64,000 nucleotides of DNA from Raja brachyura (Eukaryota): positions 62,310,001 to 62,374,000 of the forward strand of contig OY740789.1 of the NCBI GenBank assembly GCA_963514005.1. The letters run 5' to 3'. Below are positions 1 to 15,114 of this stretch, piece by piece; position 1 is the first letter of the stretch; each line of letters opens with the position of its first letter. The notes under the pieces were generated by a model. It saw nothing but the letters and a program-made list of their open reading frames with translations, had not been told where the DNA came from and did not search any database. The position numbers were made by a program, and so were the translations under genes.

Positions 1-741
1 TAACTGAAGCACAACCTACCTAGTTTTACAGCCACTTGCTGTACTTGAATACCTGCCTTTGCAACTTATGGACTGGTGCACCAAGATTATTTTCATCTCA
101 ACTCTGCAATTTAGATCGCGTGTTTCCTTATTTATGTACAAAAACCCAATATATTATTTCTCGCAATGGACAAAGAACTGGCACATAGAGCATATTCAAA
201 TAAGATACCTATGTTCAATTGTAGCAACATATACTAATTTTAACTTCCTATCCTCAATGTGTGGGAGCATGTTTCTCAACCATCCCCATTGTGGGAAGCA
301 GTTACTCAAAGTCCTCGGTTTAATCTTAATAATACCAAAGATTTACATTATTTCTCTGTCAGCCCACCAGTTAATTTTCCAGCCTTGAAATTAGCTGCTT
401 AAGATTAAAAAAATAAGGTTCTAACTTCCATTGATTTTGATGATGTGGTAGTTACCCAATTATCCAAAATGACCTATTCAAATTGTCTGGCACTTGTCAT
501 AGTTCACATTCATTAAAAAATAATTGGAAAGCCTGAGGATAAAATTGATGCATTTATTGGATACATTTGAATGCAATTTGTATATTTTTCTGGGCACAGG
601 ATAATGCACCTAACTTGCACCTGAAGCCTGGCTACTGTTCAATTGATATTGTTCTTGGGAGTCTTGGAATGAGAATTGGGTTAATGTCATATTTCAATGC
701 ATATTTCAAGAACTTTCCACAAAAGACATTGAGCAATCTCT

Positions 742-938
742 GGTAGACAAAAATGCTGGAGAAACTCAGCAGGTGAGCAGGTATGGAGCAAGGAAATAGG
801 CAACATTTTGGGTCGAAACCCGTCTTCAGACTGATGTTGGGGGGGCGGGGGGGAAGAAGAAAGGAAGGTGTGGAGCCAGTGGGCTGGGGGAGAGCTGAGA
901 AGGGGAGGAGAGAGTAGGGACTTCCTGAAATTAGAGTA
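742..938 (-). mobile_element. Penelope-like element 3' end (pLTR with decayed hammerhead motif)
   Basis: Reverse complement resembles the terminus of the 37.7-39.1 kb element (tagacaaaaatgctggagaaactcagc...gggtcgaaacccgtcttcagactga). Confidence 0.75.
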
Positions 939-3900
939 TTATTTCATTATTTCCCCAGCCTTCAGTGGACTTAATAACAGTCTGTGAAAGGCCCAAGGGC
1001 AATTTCTGGAAAAATTGCAGATCGGGAAGTTTTTATATCGTCCATTTCCATCTCTGGAACTATTCTGGTAAACTTTTAAAATTTTGCTTGCCAGAACAGG
1101 GCAGTGTACCTGTAGACTAAACAAAGGTTCACATTAACTTCTCTGCTTTTTACTCATTATCCTTTACTATGAAATCCAAAATCCCATAGGATATGCTTAC
1201 TACTTTGTTAGTTCTGTGTCACTGCCCATATTGACATTCTCTCCCCTTCTGCTATAGTGCATTACTTTGCACTTCTCTGTATTAAATTTCATCTGAAAAC
1301 CCCAGTCTTTTCCCGAGAGCACACCCCAGTTCTAGACAATTGAACTGTGTAAACAAAAATCAGTTGGAATCTATCCAGTCAGGCCCTCTAAATATTTTGC
1401 AAATCTCAGTGTGATTCTTCCAATCATTCTGGTAATCCCTTAATTCCAAGAAACAATTTTATGATGCACTGACTCCAAGATAAGTTGACTCTTCTTGAGG
1501 TACAGAAACTAAAACTGCAGTGTATTTGAAGTTTGGACGTATCATATCCATTCTCAATCCCAGCAGTGCTTTGTTTTTATCTTCCTATTCATAACTAGTT
1601 CAAACAAGCCTCCAGCTTGCCCATGCTCCAAAGCATACTCTAACACATTGACAGCATGTCTTTTGCTGTATTAATGCTGTGCAAAGAGGGCATGCCATTG
1701 TCATCAGGGGAGCTGGTTAATGTATTGTGACACAGGTGAAGCGCCACAAAATGATATAATCTCAGCATTTGCCACGACTAGACTGAAACCTTTATATGGT
1801 AACTGCATCTTGTAGGCGCAAAATTGCCTTTCGTTCCAGTAGAGGGCAGGTTTCATGTAGAACATTTGCATGCAGTCAAAAATACCCTACTCTTCGGCGA
1901 GTCATGCAAAGCTACATGCTTTCTCTGCCTGCTGATCTCTGTCAAGAAAGAATGAAATATAAAGAGTTATTTGAAGATTCTCAGTGACTTCGCTTGTGAC
2001 ACTGGATGTCATATCGAAAAATCTCTAGCTCCAGTGTAGAACTGACCAAATGCATACAAGTTCAATTCTAACGTTTTTTAGCAATACATTCTTCCCCTGT
2101 TCTGAGGTTTTATTTGTGGTAATAACAGATGATAAATTTAAGTGGGGCTGAGCTTTTGAAGTGAAAGGCTTACATGTTGAACCACATTGACTTGAGGTGG
2201 TTAAATTACTCTCTACAAACTCTTCGTGGACATGGTTTCCAACTGGGAACCCATCCCTCCCTCCTCCATCTGTTCAATTTGCTGCAACAAGACCTTTGTA
2301 CACAGCCTTTGTGCATTCTCACATTTGTAATCTTTTCTAATAGGATGCAATTTCTGTTTTGTGTTAAATATCTGAAGTCAGGGCATGGTCCACCAACTCA
2401 TGCCATATTACTCTTCATAGACTAATTGGAACAACGACTAAAAAAGCTCAGCCATTTACAGAATCATTTCAACAACCAGAAATTATCATTCAAATCCTTT
2501 TGTGCTTCTTTGAAGTATTTGCTTAGATGTAGATAAACCAAATCCTTTGGAAACGTTGTCATTGACCCCTTCTTAGGCTTTCTCGCTACCAGTGCATTAA
2601 GGCCATAAAAAATATTCATCTCTGATAGCCATCTTATATTTTCTTAGTCTGCACATTGATTCAAAAAGAATGTGAGGTTTGCACACCAAATACTGATGAC
2701 AATGCTTGCTGCCCGATGCTTACCTTTTCCTAAGTTTCTACACTGCTGCTGTTTTGGATATCTGCTTTCTGTCCTTCCTTGATGCCATTAACATTCCTGC
2801 TTTTAACCCTGGCAGGAAAATTATGTTTCATGGATCCATTTTTAATTTGTGGCATTAGTTCAAATTAGTAATGTTTAGATGCAATTAAGCAACTAGAGAT
2901 GTTTTCCTGTTTGGTTATTCTCCTTAAAGTGACAAATCATAAGTCCACAAAAAAGCACTCCGCACCCCAAATGAGTGACCCACCCTTTTGCAACGGGAGC
3001 TTTGTATAAACTCCACTTCAAATCTCTGAACAAAATTACTTTTAGTTATTTACCAAGAAGGTTGTCATTGACTGTTATTTTTTAAATTTTTAATAGAAAA
3101 TATGACAGAAAAAGGATGTTATATCAAATGAATGTGTATTTGTGTGGCGCTGCATGAAAGGAGAGTTCTCCTTTGTTCAAAGGCATCTGATGAAACGGGC
3201 ACCAAATGAACCTCTGTGTGAGAAAGAAGAGTTAATGGATTGGCAACCATGATATTCTGGCTTTCCATTAAAACCACATTCAAAGGTGGTTGCAGTATAC
3301 AATCTATCCTCAATATTATGGACCTCTTTATAACGGTTTTTGGTTACGGCAAGCGGAGCATCCCTACTATAATCATCACCACTGTCTCTTTAAGAACATA
3401 GGCTGCTAGTTGCATTGCGGGATGCCATTCAAATTGATAAGCATTTGCTTTGATCGGCACTTGAGCAATGATACTCTATTAAGCAATGTCACAAACAGCC
3501 TTTAGTATTTTTAGCTTGCAGTAACCAATATAAATTCTTAGTTGTTACAAAGAACTTTGCATTTGAAAGCAACTTGTTGCTGTTGCACAGAATGACCACC
3601 ACATGGTTGGAGCGAATCCCTCGCCCCTCCCCCCCCGTGGTGGTTATAACTGTATCTGTATGTTATAACATCGCTGACCCATTCTCGCAGTCCACTGCAC
3701 GCCGCAAACAAAGTCTGATTTGTTTCCCAACACATTTTGACTTGCCTTGCTAAAGATGCATGTATAAAAATACATATGGTTTAAGTCTTTGGTCCCTGGA
3801 TATTTAAAGCATCAGAAAATATTACTCTAAGTTCTATTGCTATTTTCTCTGCTGCCAGGTATCATGTATTGTATTCTGTAGATGGTGCAAGTGACCAAAT

Positions 3901-5295
3901 TAGCAGTGTGACTAAATTAGCATGTGACTAAATTAGCAGCTCTACGATGGAAAATAAAAGCTGTGTACAAATGATCCCAGGATGATACCATCCATGATTT
4001 ATCACTCTTCATTCCTAAAGGGAATCAACTGCTTTCTGCTTGGTGTCTGCTTATGAAACCACAGTGAGACCTGAGAGCAGGAGTGATAAGTGGGACCCAT
4101 CCACATCTATTCTTTTCATGTTGCACCTTTCACAAATTGTGTACTATTTCTGACCATTGTCTCCAAATTATGTTATTTTTAAAAAATGAATGCTTCACAA
4201 TTATTCCCATCAATGTCTTTTTCATAGAAGTATTTATTACTGTAAAACTCCATAGAATAGAATATAATAGAATGGTAGTTAACAAAAGAAAGGATGAGTT
4301 TGAAGAATAAGGAAATATATTTGAGAAAATATATTGAAAGGTGTAAATGCCGTGCAATTTTTCAGGTCCTCTTGTCGGTGTACTCTGTATCTGAGATGGA
4401 TGTAAAATGCTATCAACAAAAATCACCTGAACTTTTAAATGGGCTTTCGTGTTTCATGCTTCGGTTACTCTTGTTTTTTGAGCATTGCTTTCAAATGCCT
4501 TTATGCTAAAAATAATGAGTACAGAACTGACCATTTACAAAAATCAACTGCATGTGTAAGATGTAATCTAGATATGTGTGTTCCATTAGAGACATCCTCG
4601 GAAAAATAATTGGGCTTTGTTGCCAGGTAGAAAGAGATAATTACCACATTAGAATCAACAACGCAAAAGTTGTATTAGCTCAATGCATTTAAAAAACCTG
4701 GCCGACCTCTTTGTGTCATTATCCTATTTCAAGATTCTGACATTTATACTTTAAATGTACTTTAAATGACTTGTTTAGCCAAAAATCATGCCATTCCTGT
4801 GTTATTGATTGAGAAAGCTATTGCCGTGATGCTTCCTTCGTGAATTGCACTATTTTTTACATGAATGGCCACATTTTTATATATGGAAAGATTGCCCAGA
4901 ATTTCTAAAGTAAAAATTAACTGATAAGATTATGTGACAGTAGACAAATTAAGTGACAGTGCAGTTAAGTGTCGCCTTAGAACAAAACTAGAAAAGAAGT
5001 TTCTTAGCCTCCATACTTAATTATGACATAGATTGAGGTCAGTTGGCACTGAGTTTACGCCAGCTCATGGAACAATCCCCGCAAATGTTCACTGTAACTG
5101 ATTCTCCCAACGTTCCCATTAATTCCAGCAATCATACTGTACATTGGGCAATTTACCCTTGACAGTTAACCAACCAACCCACCTGGCCTTTGGATGAGGG
5201 TGGTAACTGCAACAGCTGGAGAAAATTCACGCAGTCACAGGGAGAATATGAGAATTCCATTCATTCAGCACGGAAGGTTGGGATAGACGCTCGAT

Positions 5296-5585
5296 TTTAG
5301 TTTAGTTTAGTTGAGAGATACCACATGGAAACAGACCGTTTGGCCCAACGAATCCACGCCAACCATCGGTCACTCGTTCACGCTAGTTCTATGCTATCAC
5401 ACTTTCTCATTCACTTCCTACACAGTCGGGGCAATTTGCAGACGCCAATTAACCTGCAAATCCACATGTCTTTGTGATGTGGGAGGAAACCTGAGCACCA
5501 GGATGAAACCCACGTGGTCACAGGGAGAACGTGCAAACTCCACGGGTCAGGATTGAACCTGGGTCTCTGGCACTGTGAGTCAACT
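5296..5585 (-). mobile_element. HE1-like V-SINE (an older degenerate copy lies at ~5090-5290)
   Basis: (TTTAG)n tail, V-domain core gtgggaggaaacc..gagcacc..aaacccacgtggtcacagggagaacgtgcaaactcc, tRNA-like head. Confidence 0.8.
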
Positions 5586-5769
5586 GTGAGATTGTGTTTT
5601 TTCTGGCTGCGTTACTTTGTTGTCCCATTATGGTAATGAAATGGTTACATTGAATTGTAGCAGTTCTGATCTATTGATCTGATATACGGTTGACAATCAT
5701 CCTCTGACCAAAAAAACAATTTATGGTTCAGTTAGCTTTGTTGAATTATTAATAGATTATTATTAGATG

Positions 5770-7857
5770 TCAAGTTGGGAAAAGGTAAAGTACAAAGAAA
5801 TCTGGGGGGTCCTTGTTCATCAGTCACTGAAAGTAAGCATACAGGTATAACAGGCAGTGACGGAAGCTAATGGCATCTTGGCCTTCATAACACGAGGAGT
5901 TGAGTATTGGAGCAAAGAGGTCCTTCTGCAGTTGTACAGGGCCCTAGTGAGACCACACCTGGAGTATTGTGTGCAGTTTTGGTCTCCAAATTTGAGGAAG
6001 GACATTCTTGCTTTTGAGGGAGTGCAGCGTAGGTTCATGAGGTTAATTTCCGGGATGGCGGGACTGTCATATGTGGATAGAATGGAACGGCTGGGCTTGT
6101 ATACTCTGGAATTTAGGAGGATGAGAGGGGATCTACCTGAAACATATAAGATTATTAAGGGATTGGACACGCTAGAGGCAGAAAACATGTTCCCGATGTT
6201 GGGGGAGTCCAGAGCCAGGGGCTACAGTATAAGAATAAGGGGTAGGCCATTTAGAATGGAGAAGAGGAAAATCTTTTTCACTCAGTGTTTTGTAATCACT
6301 CCATTACAAAGTGTTAGGTGAACCACAAGGCTTTTATGAAAACGTATGCAGAGGGAATAATACATAGTACTGTATTGGTATCATTTTACAGACTGAAGAG
6401 CTAGGGACAAGCAGGGCTGATATCAGTAACTGCATTCCTTACCCAAGTCCCAGACTGGATTACATAGCATGGTGGAACGTGTATCATGCATGGTATATGT
6501 GATGAAGAATATATTGGCAGAGATTAATATGGTTAATCTATATCCTTCCTCTTAAAGACGCAAACTATACCTAAACAAGCTTGTAGTGGAATATTAAAAA
6601 AAAACACCTATATGAGGGGAGTTCACTTTACTTTATGTACTGTGCGCTGCGAGCGGCAAGCTGGCAAACAGTCCAAAGGTACTTTGGATTCGACCTGCAG
6701 ATGCGACCTGTGCGCGTACGACATCCACCGTGTTCTCCCTTCACCGGAGATTGAATAGGAGAAGGGTGTGGTACCGCAGGTCTGATCGATGTTGAGGGTG
6801 AGGATGTAGACCTCGGCCACGGCCGGGGTGGCGAATCAGCAGGCAAAGCACTTGGTCCGGGGTCAGCAGGCAGTTGTGGGACCGTGGAATTGGAACTGTT
6901 GGACTGTGGAGGAGACACAGCTGTGTGGTCAGGATAATGTTGAGGCGGCAATGGCTCTTGGATCGGGCGAAGGTGTTGTCGGGTACGTCTGTAGGTGGCA
7001 TAATCTGCTGATGTACAAGCTTCCATTCTCCTCAACGTGGCGTGCACCTAACCCTCCTTAGAAATTTCCGACAGCTATGCCAGCTGCGAACAAACTTGGT
7101 CATGGAGCACCACAGATTATTTTCCCATAACCAGTAGGAAGGCGAGTCAGTTGAATCCTACACCAGTGCCGTGAAGAACATTGCTGGCAGATGCCAATTC
7201 GGTGATGTACACGACATCCTACACGTGTACGGCATCCTTAATGACAAGGTGAGAAATGAGTTACTCTGGGACGAGGAGCTCACTCTAGTTAAAACCGAGC
7301 GTGCCTGTCGGGTTGCTAAGCTAACTGACATCCATACCAAGTCTCTTGGACCCAGATCCCACTTCTGGCACCATGTTTTGTAATCATTCCATTACAAAAT
7401 GTTAGGTGAACCACAAGGCTTTTATTGAAACATATGCAGAGAGAATAATACATAGTACTGCATTGGTATCATCTTACAGACTGACGAGCGAGGGACAAGC
7501 AGGGCTGATATCAGTAACTGCATTCCTTATTCATCCCGGACTGGATTAAATAGCATGGTGGAAAGTGTGTCATGCATAGTATATGTGTTGAAGATTATAT
7601 TAGCAGAGATTAATATGGTTAATCTGCACCCAGAGAGTTGTGAATCTGTGGAATTCGCTGCCTCAGATGGTAGTGGAGGCCAATCATCTGGATGCTTTCA
7701 AGAGAGAGTTAGATAGAGCTCTTAAAGATAGCAGTCAGGGGATATGGTGAGAAGGCAGGAACGGGGTACTGAATGTGGATGATCAGTCATGTTCACAGTG
7801 AATGGCAGTGCTGGCTCGAAGGGCTGAATGCCTACTCCTGCACCTGTCTATTGTCTT
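5770..7857 (+). mobile_element. CR1 (HER1-like) LINE 3' fragment split by an LTR element (CR1 parts ~5770-6285 and 7629-7857)
   Basis: ORF 5857..6321 LYRALVRPHLEYCVQFWSP; CR1 sequence resumes at 7629 and ends in a CR1 3' tail. Confidence 0.9.
6286..7628 (-). mobile_element. Internally deleted Gypsy-type LTR retrotransposon
   Basis: Direct LTRs 6286-6542 and 7374-7628 (~90% identical by eye); PBS TGGTGCCAGAAGTGGGAT (7373-7356, tRNA-Leu-like); PPT 6553-6543; 5-bp TSD ctcag/cccag. Confidence 0.92.
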
Positions 7858-8194
7858 CTGAATGGACTTGAAATAAACTAAAGAGACTATAGTTTTTCTG
7901 TTGACTTTCATTTAAAACTTTTGTATATCTAGGAATTGGTTATAAAGCACATCTTCATCCACATCTGTGATAAGGTTAACCTGCGAGTAAAGATAAAATT
8001 CCTATCATCTTTGAAACAACATGTCCAATTAACTACTTTATTTAGGAAGAGTGAAAAGAGCGATGGTCAGTTTTCTCTTACTAAATTCCTAGTTCTTAAA
8101 TTTGCACAGGAAACAAAAACAAAAAATATCACCTATTCTAGAATTTGAATTAACCCCAAAGTCACAGAACTTGATGTGTTGGAAGGCAATAGAC

Positions 8195-8313
8195 TACAAA
8201 TGTTGGTTTAAACCGAAGATAGACACAAAATGCTGGAGTAACTCAACGGGACAGGCAACATCTCTGAATAGGAGATGTCTCGACCCTAAATGTCACCCAT
8301 TCCTTCTCACAGA
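8195..8313. repeat. Fold-back Penelope-pLTR-derived repeat with central deletion
   Basis: Minus arm (agacacaaaatgctggagtaactc...) fused to plus arm (cgaccctaaatgtcacccattccttctc). Confidence 0.7.
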
Positions 8314-9118
8314 ACTTGAGTCAATTTACTTGCCAATGTTGTTAGCTCCCTTACAGGTCATAGACAACTTGAACTTAATTATGTTTTGTGACTTAAATAA
8401 TTTAAATCCTGGACTTGAATTGTTCAGGTTAGTTAAACACTGCTTTTTTTCTTCTGATCTGACTTTTTTTGCTGGCACACTACTTTCCAGAATGTCTTTT
8501 GTAATACAAATCCTAGAATGTGACACAGCACCATCAAGATTCAATGCTGTTTTTTCTATGACTCTTGAAAGAGCAGGTGTAAACCCTAGACAAGTAACGT
8601 CCTAAGTTGTGATTTCTTTATTTTTAATGAAATAAATATCCCTAAATTTAAGCATTAATGGGCTTTTTAATTCAATACACTTCAATAAAATGATATGCTA
8701 GTACTGTAATGGCTGTTTGGCAAGATTCTGTTGTTTCAATGATGTGTATTTCTGCAATTGCCATTTATTTAATCCTGTTAACTGTTTCTTTTCTGCATTT
8801 TTTCCAAATACTTATTATTTTGATATTCTCTTTTAAGCTTATGTTAAACGTGCATATATGACGCGGCTGCATTTAATCATACTTGTTACTTTCTATGTGT
8901 AGGCCATTCTTCCGTTGACATGAGCAGTGATTTTTTTTGTTGATGTTTTATGAGACTTTCTATAATGTTTTGAAGAAATCAAACATATATCAAATATCCA
9001 CATTTATTTGCACAAATTAGATTTTATTTATCGCGTTGGACGAGGAAAAATTCAGGCATTTTATTATCAAGCACAGATTTATTGTACCCATTAATAAATT
9101 AAGATATTATTATTGAAA

Positions 9119-9510
9119 TCTGTACTATTACTAAAACTCTCATCTTGTCCTCTTCGGGTTTACGTTGTTTTAAAATTTGCGCAAAATGGTACGCTATATC
9201 ACTAAGATTTTTTCACCACCTTACTCACCGTTCTCCTCTGCTCCAAGTGCTCCGTTCGGTGAAATATTACAAAAATTATTGGTCTGTTATTGGTCCCCCT
9301 TCCGGCACCCGCTGTCAATCACCAGCGCAAAGAATAAAGCTGAAGGAACGGAGTGTGGGCTGTGTTCCGCGGGTACTGGCTGTGTCCGTGGGCGGGGGCT
9401 GTGAGCGTGACAGGCGCTGGGGACGGGAGCCCTTGAGAGCTGGGACCGGGAACCGGTGAGCTCCTCTCCCCCACCCCTACATCCCCCCACTCCCCCTCCC
9501 CCTCCCCCTC
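9119..9510 (+). mobile_element. Probable non-autonomous Helitron 5' portion
   Basis: A|TC-tgtactattactaaaa start resembles Helitron 5' termini; abrupt change in base composition; no 3' CTAG/hairpin seen. Confidence 0.4.
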
Positions 9511-9511
9511 T

Positions 9512-10349
9512 CTGGTTTCATCAGACCAGAGAATCTTGTTTCTCATGTTCTGAGAGTCCTTTAGGTGCCTTTTGGCAAACTCCAAGCGGGCTGTCATGTG
9601 CCTTTTACTGAGGAGTGGCTTCTGTTTGGCCACTCTACCATAAAGGTCTGATTGGTGGAGTGCTGCAGATATAGTTGTCCTTCTGGAAGAACTCTAGAGC
9701 GCTGTCAGAGTGACCATCGAGTTCTTGGTGACCTCCCTGACCAAGGTCCTTCTCCCCTGATTGCTCAGTTTGGCTGGGCGGCGAGCTCTATGAAGAGACC
9801 TGGTGGTTCCAAAGTTCTTCCATTTAAGAATGACGGAAGTCACTGTGCTCTTCGGGACCTGCAATGCTGCAGAAATTGTTTTATACCCTTCCCCAGATCT
9901 GTGTCTCGACACAATCCTGTGTCGGAGGTCTACGGACAATTCCTTCATCTTCATGGCTTGGGTTTTGCTCTGGCATGCACTGTCAACTGTGGGACCTTAT
10001 GTAGACAGGTGTGTGCCTCTCCAAATCATGTCCATCCAATGTAATTTACCACTGGTGGACTCCAATCAAGTTGCAGAAACATATCAAGGATAATCAATGG
10101 AAACGTGATGAACCTAAGCTCAATTTTGAATGTCATAGCAAAGGGCCTGAATACTTAAGTAAATATGATATTTCAGGTTTTTTTAAATTACTTTCCAAAA
10201 ATTTCTGAACACCTGTTTTCACTTCTTCATTCTGTGGTATTGTGTGTAGATTGATGATAACAAAATAATTTAATCCCTTTTAAAATAAGGCTGTATCGTA
10301 ACAAAATGTGGAAAACGTGAAGGGGTCTGAACATTTTCTGAATGCACTG
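9512..10349 (-). mobile_element. Tc1/mariner transposon, 5' half (degenerate transposase)
   Basis: ELSVDLRHRIVSRHRSGEGYKTISAALQVPKSTV...KPLLSKRHMTARLEFAKRHL...ILWSDET; terminus cactg|ta at 10349. Confidence 0.92.
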
Positions 10350-10359
10350 TATTTACATT

Positions 10360-11286
<927 letters not shown>

Positions 11287-14115
11287 TAAGTAACTTCAGT
11301 GGAGAAGAAAAGCGCTGTGGTCTCATTGAATCTCTCAAACTCATTGAACCTCTCCACCATGCTTCACTTGGATTACAGATTCTCCTGTTCGGTCAATTTA
11401 AAACAAAATCTTTGGTGTTGTGTACAGAATTTGATTTTAAGAGATCCTATTCTTGAAACATCTCTGAATGAATTGCTGTTCTGTTTTGTCAATGAACGGG
11501 CAGTTCTGACATAAGCAGGAAAAGCTAGTTATCTGAATTGTTGAATTCAGCATTGAATTTTGAAAGTTGCATTATGTCTAGCTGAAAGGTGGATTGAGGT
11601 GCTGCTTCGCAATTTTACCCGCTTTGTTTGAGCAATATTAATGGCTGATGATGGAGATATTCGATTGGGATAGTAGTAAATTAAAGTAAATGATTGCTTG
11701 AAGCCCACCGATGCAGAATCGGGAAGCTGCACCTTGAAGTGATTAACCAGCGTTTATTTTCTTCTCATAGTTGGCATTGACAGAGTTTGTATCACTCGGC
11801 CAAACCTGTTCTACATTATCACACGCCTTTCACTTGTTCTTTGCAAGTTTAAATACCTCTTTATCTCGCTTTTCTACTTTTGGTCGTAGATTAATTCTGT
11901 TGTGTTCCACTGATGCTGACTGACCTACTCAGTAACTTCAGCATATAATTTTTATTTCTGATTTCTCATATTGGAAGTGATTTGCTTATCAGTAACTGCA
12001 GTTTCCTGTTTCACTTGTTTTAATGTCATGCCAGAATTAAATTGTGTACATTTCCAGGGGATCCAGCCTGCAATTTTCTGGTCACATAACCAAAATTTGT
12101 GGGTTTTATTCATTGAATTGGAAATCCTGTCTTGACTTTTCTGCAAAAGTTAGTATTGCTGTATCTCTATTCCAGGGACCCCAGTTTGATCTGATGTCGG
12201 GAGCTATTTGTACGGAGCGGTTTGTACATTCACTCCGTGAAATAGTGTCCTTCAAATACTCTGGTTTCCTCCGATATCCCAAAGGTGTTTGTAGATGGCA
12301 ACTGTAACTGACTCGTTGGTGGAGGTTAAAGGAAAAAATAATCAAAGGGGAGGTCATAGTGTGAGAGAAAATAAGTTGGAGTGATACAAGGAAGGAAAAA
12401 GGAGGGGGATGAAAATAATGGGATTGCTCCTTTTGGAGCTAACATAGATCCAGTGTGTCAAATGGCTTCCTCCTTTGGTATTTCAAGTGTTAGAACATGT
12501 GAATAGTGGGAGGTTATATAACCCTTTGATACGTACCAGTTAGATTATGACTGATCAATGCTTTACTTTTTTCTGCCTTGCCTTCATTTCCCATTGCCTA
12601 ACAAAAAATTATCAATCTCACTCCTGAAGATGTCTCGATTGACCCAGCAAACTCAATCTTTTACCACAATGCTAGATTCCTGTGCACTTTACATGGAGAG
12701 AGAAGTTTTCTGATGCAGTTAAAAATGTTCCACCTTTAACTTTACATACTCTAGTTCTGAGTTTCTTCACCAGAGGAGATACGTTTTTGTATGTATCCTG
12801 TTGAAACTGTTTCCAATTGTCATCTTCTCAACTAGGGGATTTACATACCATGATTATACAATGTCCTCATCATTTATTATTTGAAACTTTGGCAACATAC
12901 TAATGTATCTGCATTGTGCTTCCTCAATAGCCAACGTATCTTTCCTGAGAAATGGTGCTTACAATTAATTTCAGTAGTCCTGATGTATCTGACCAAGATT
13001 CTGTGAAATAAATTTCTTCATTTATGTTCTCCAATTCTATGGAGATAGAAGCTAATATTTTATTTCCAATCTTTGTCTTGTACTTTGTACACTTGGGATT
13101 GCTCTCTTCAGCACTGTTGGAAATTAATTGTCGAAGGTTATGTAACAATATGATGTTGATTAAATCACAGTTAAGCTCCACTTTATCCTTATCCAATTTT
13201 CACACACTTTTCCAGAAGGTTTGCTGGATAGTGATTAAGTACATAAACTCCAGATTTGCTTTTTCCGTTATTATTCCAAGATAGTTCACATGAATAGAAG
13301 TTAACCCAATACTGCTCTGAGTTATAGAGCCATACAGCGTAGAAATAGGCCCATCGGCCCAACATACCCGTACCAACAAATTTATTTTGCTGGTAGAAGT
13401 AACATATAAGGCATTGGAGGCAAGTGATCAACCTGAAAGCTTTTAAATCCTTTTAAAATTATTTATTCTTGTAGTATATAATTTTCTATTGAATGGAAGA
13501 ATCACACAGTTCCTCCAACCACTGTGTTGGTGTAGTTTTGTAACTTGACTAATTTCAACAGTGGGGCAGAATAGATAGGTTTCTTGTATATCCATCAAAT
13601 GATAAATAGTTCAGAGGTAACATGTGCTTGTTAGAAATGAAGATCTGCTGGTAGAAGTAAAAACTGCTGTGATGGAACCATGTCTAAATCACTTTGTCAC
13701 CTGAACCTGATTGTATTTTTCAATTTGTGGAATATTGCTTGAAGTTGTGTCCGGTGCTATTTGTTTTAAAAGCAGCAATTTAGGTCAGGGCAATAGTGAT
13801 GTTTTTTAATAATGCTATTCCTCAATTGAAGCTTAGGTTATGTTATTTATAGCTGAAGGGATGCTCAGCATTTTCACCTGCACATTGTTAACGTGACATC
13901 CTCTGAAGATTAAAATCTTTTCTTTTTTGAAACACGTATGTTATTTATAGTGTTGTCCAAGATTAAAAAGGGTTATAAAATGAAAGTCACCTTCGATAGT
14001 GAACATTTCAAAATATAATTTGTGATTCTCTTAACCAGTTGCAAAGCAAGTAGGATTTATGGCTCTCATGAACTAAAGTGTAATTTTGTTTCCAACCACT
14101 CTCTCCCCTTTGCAG

Positions 14116-14173
14116 GGACACAGATTCCCATCTATCAAGCTCTACCTCAGTTAGATTTTATCCACATGATCTG
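14116..14173 (+). CDS. PCNX1: PCNX1 exon: DTDSHLSSSTSVRFYPHDL
   Basis: tttgcag| ... |gtatgt; matches PCNX1 DTDSHVSSSTSVRFYPHD. Confidence 0.92.
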
Positions 14174-15114
14174 GTATGTATTCAATATAAAGTTATGGCT
14201 CACATGAAATTGTGTTGGTTTGTTCTATATTTTGGAATCGATTTGAGATGTATGATTATGGACTTGATGCAGAAAATAAAATACGAAAATCTTGCAATCT
14301 GGTTATCTTGTTACAAAAATATTTAAAACTTCAGTTTGATCAATCATGAGATAAACGTATTTATTTGTATGTAGCATTTTCTGAATACTTGAGCTAGGAT
14401 GTGCAATAAACGTTGCTATGTTAGGGGTAGATTTAAATGCTAAGTAAAACCAGTCCCAAATGAATAATCTACCTCAAATCAAATAAATGTGTGTTAGAGG
14501 TCTTGAATACAATTTGCATTTTGATTTTTTATTATCAACAATATAAAGGAGTTAAGAAACTAAATGTTGAAACAGTAAACCATGACTGAAATAAAGATTG
14601 TTAAATTACACATTTGATATTGCTTAATTATAGTTTGTGATTACTGTTAATAAGCAAATTGTATATCCTGTTTGACATCACTGAATCGAATATAAAGCTA
14701 TATTTAATTGCCAAGTTTCTTTGAAAACATTTACAACACAGTCTAGAAGTTGCCAGACAAGATAATATATTTTATTTTAATAAATAATCAAGCAAAATGT
14801 GTAAATATGGAATTTCAAGGTAATTCAAAATGAAAAATCCATTTGTTGAACATCAGCCTTAGATTGGAAATTAGTTCAGAATAAAATGCCTGCTTTGCTG
14901 AAACATATTAGTTTGGCACAAAATGCCATTCTCAATAATTAAATGTGTAACGTCAAACAATCTGCTGGAGGAAGACAGTGACTGAACAGCATCCATAGAG
15001 GGAAATGGACAGTCAAAGATTTGGGTTGGGACTCTTTATTGAGACTGAAAGAGAAGAGGGCGGTAGTTAGTATAAAGTGGTGCGGAGGTAATCTGGGCAA
15101 GAGTTCCCTTTCTG

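Noticed and set aside
3896-3940. Short tandem repeat (gactaaattagca) and similar micro-duplications, for example 56720-56752
   Set aside because: Ordinary slippage duplications with no further structure.
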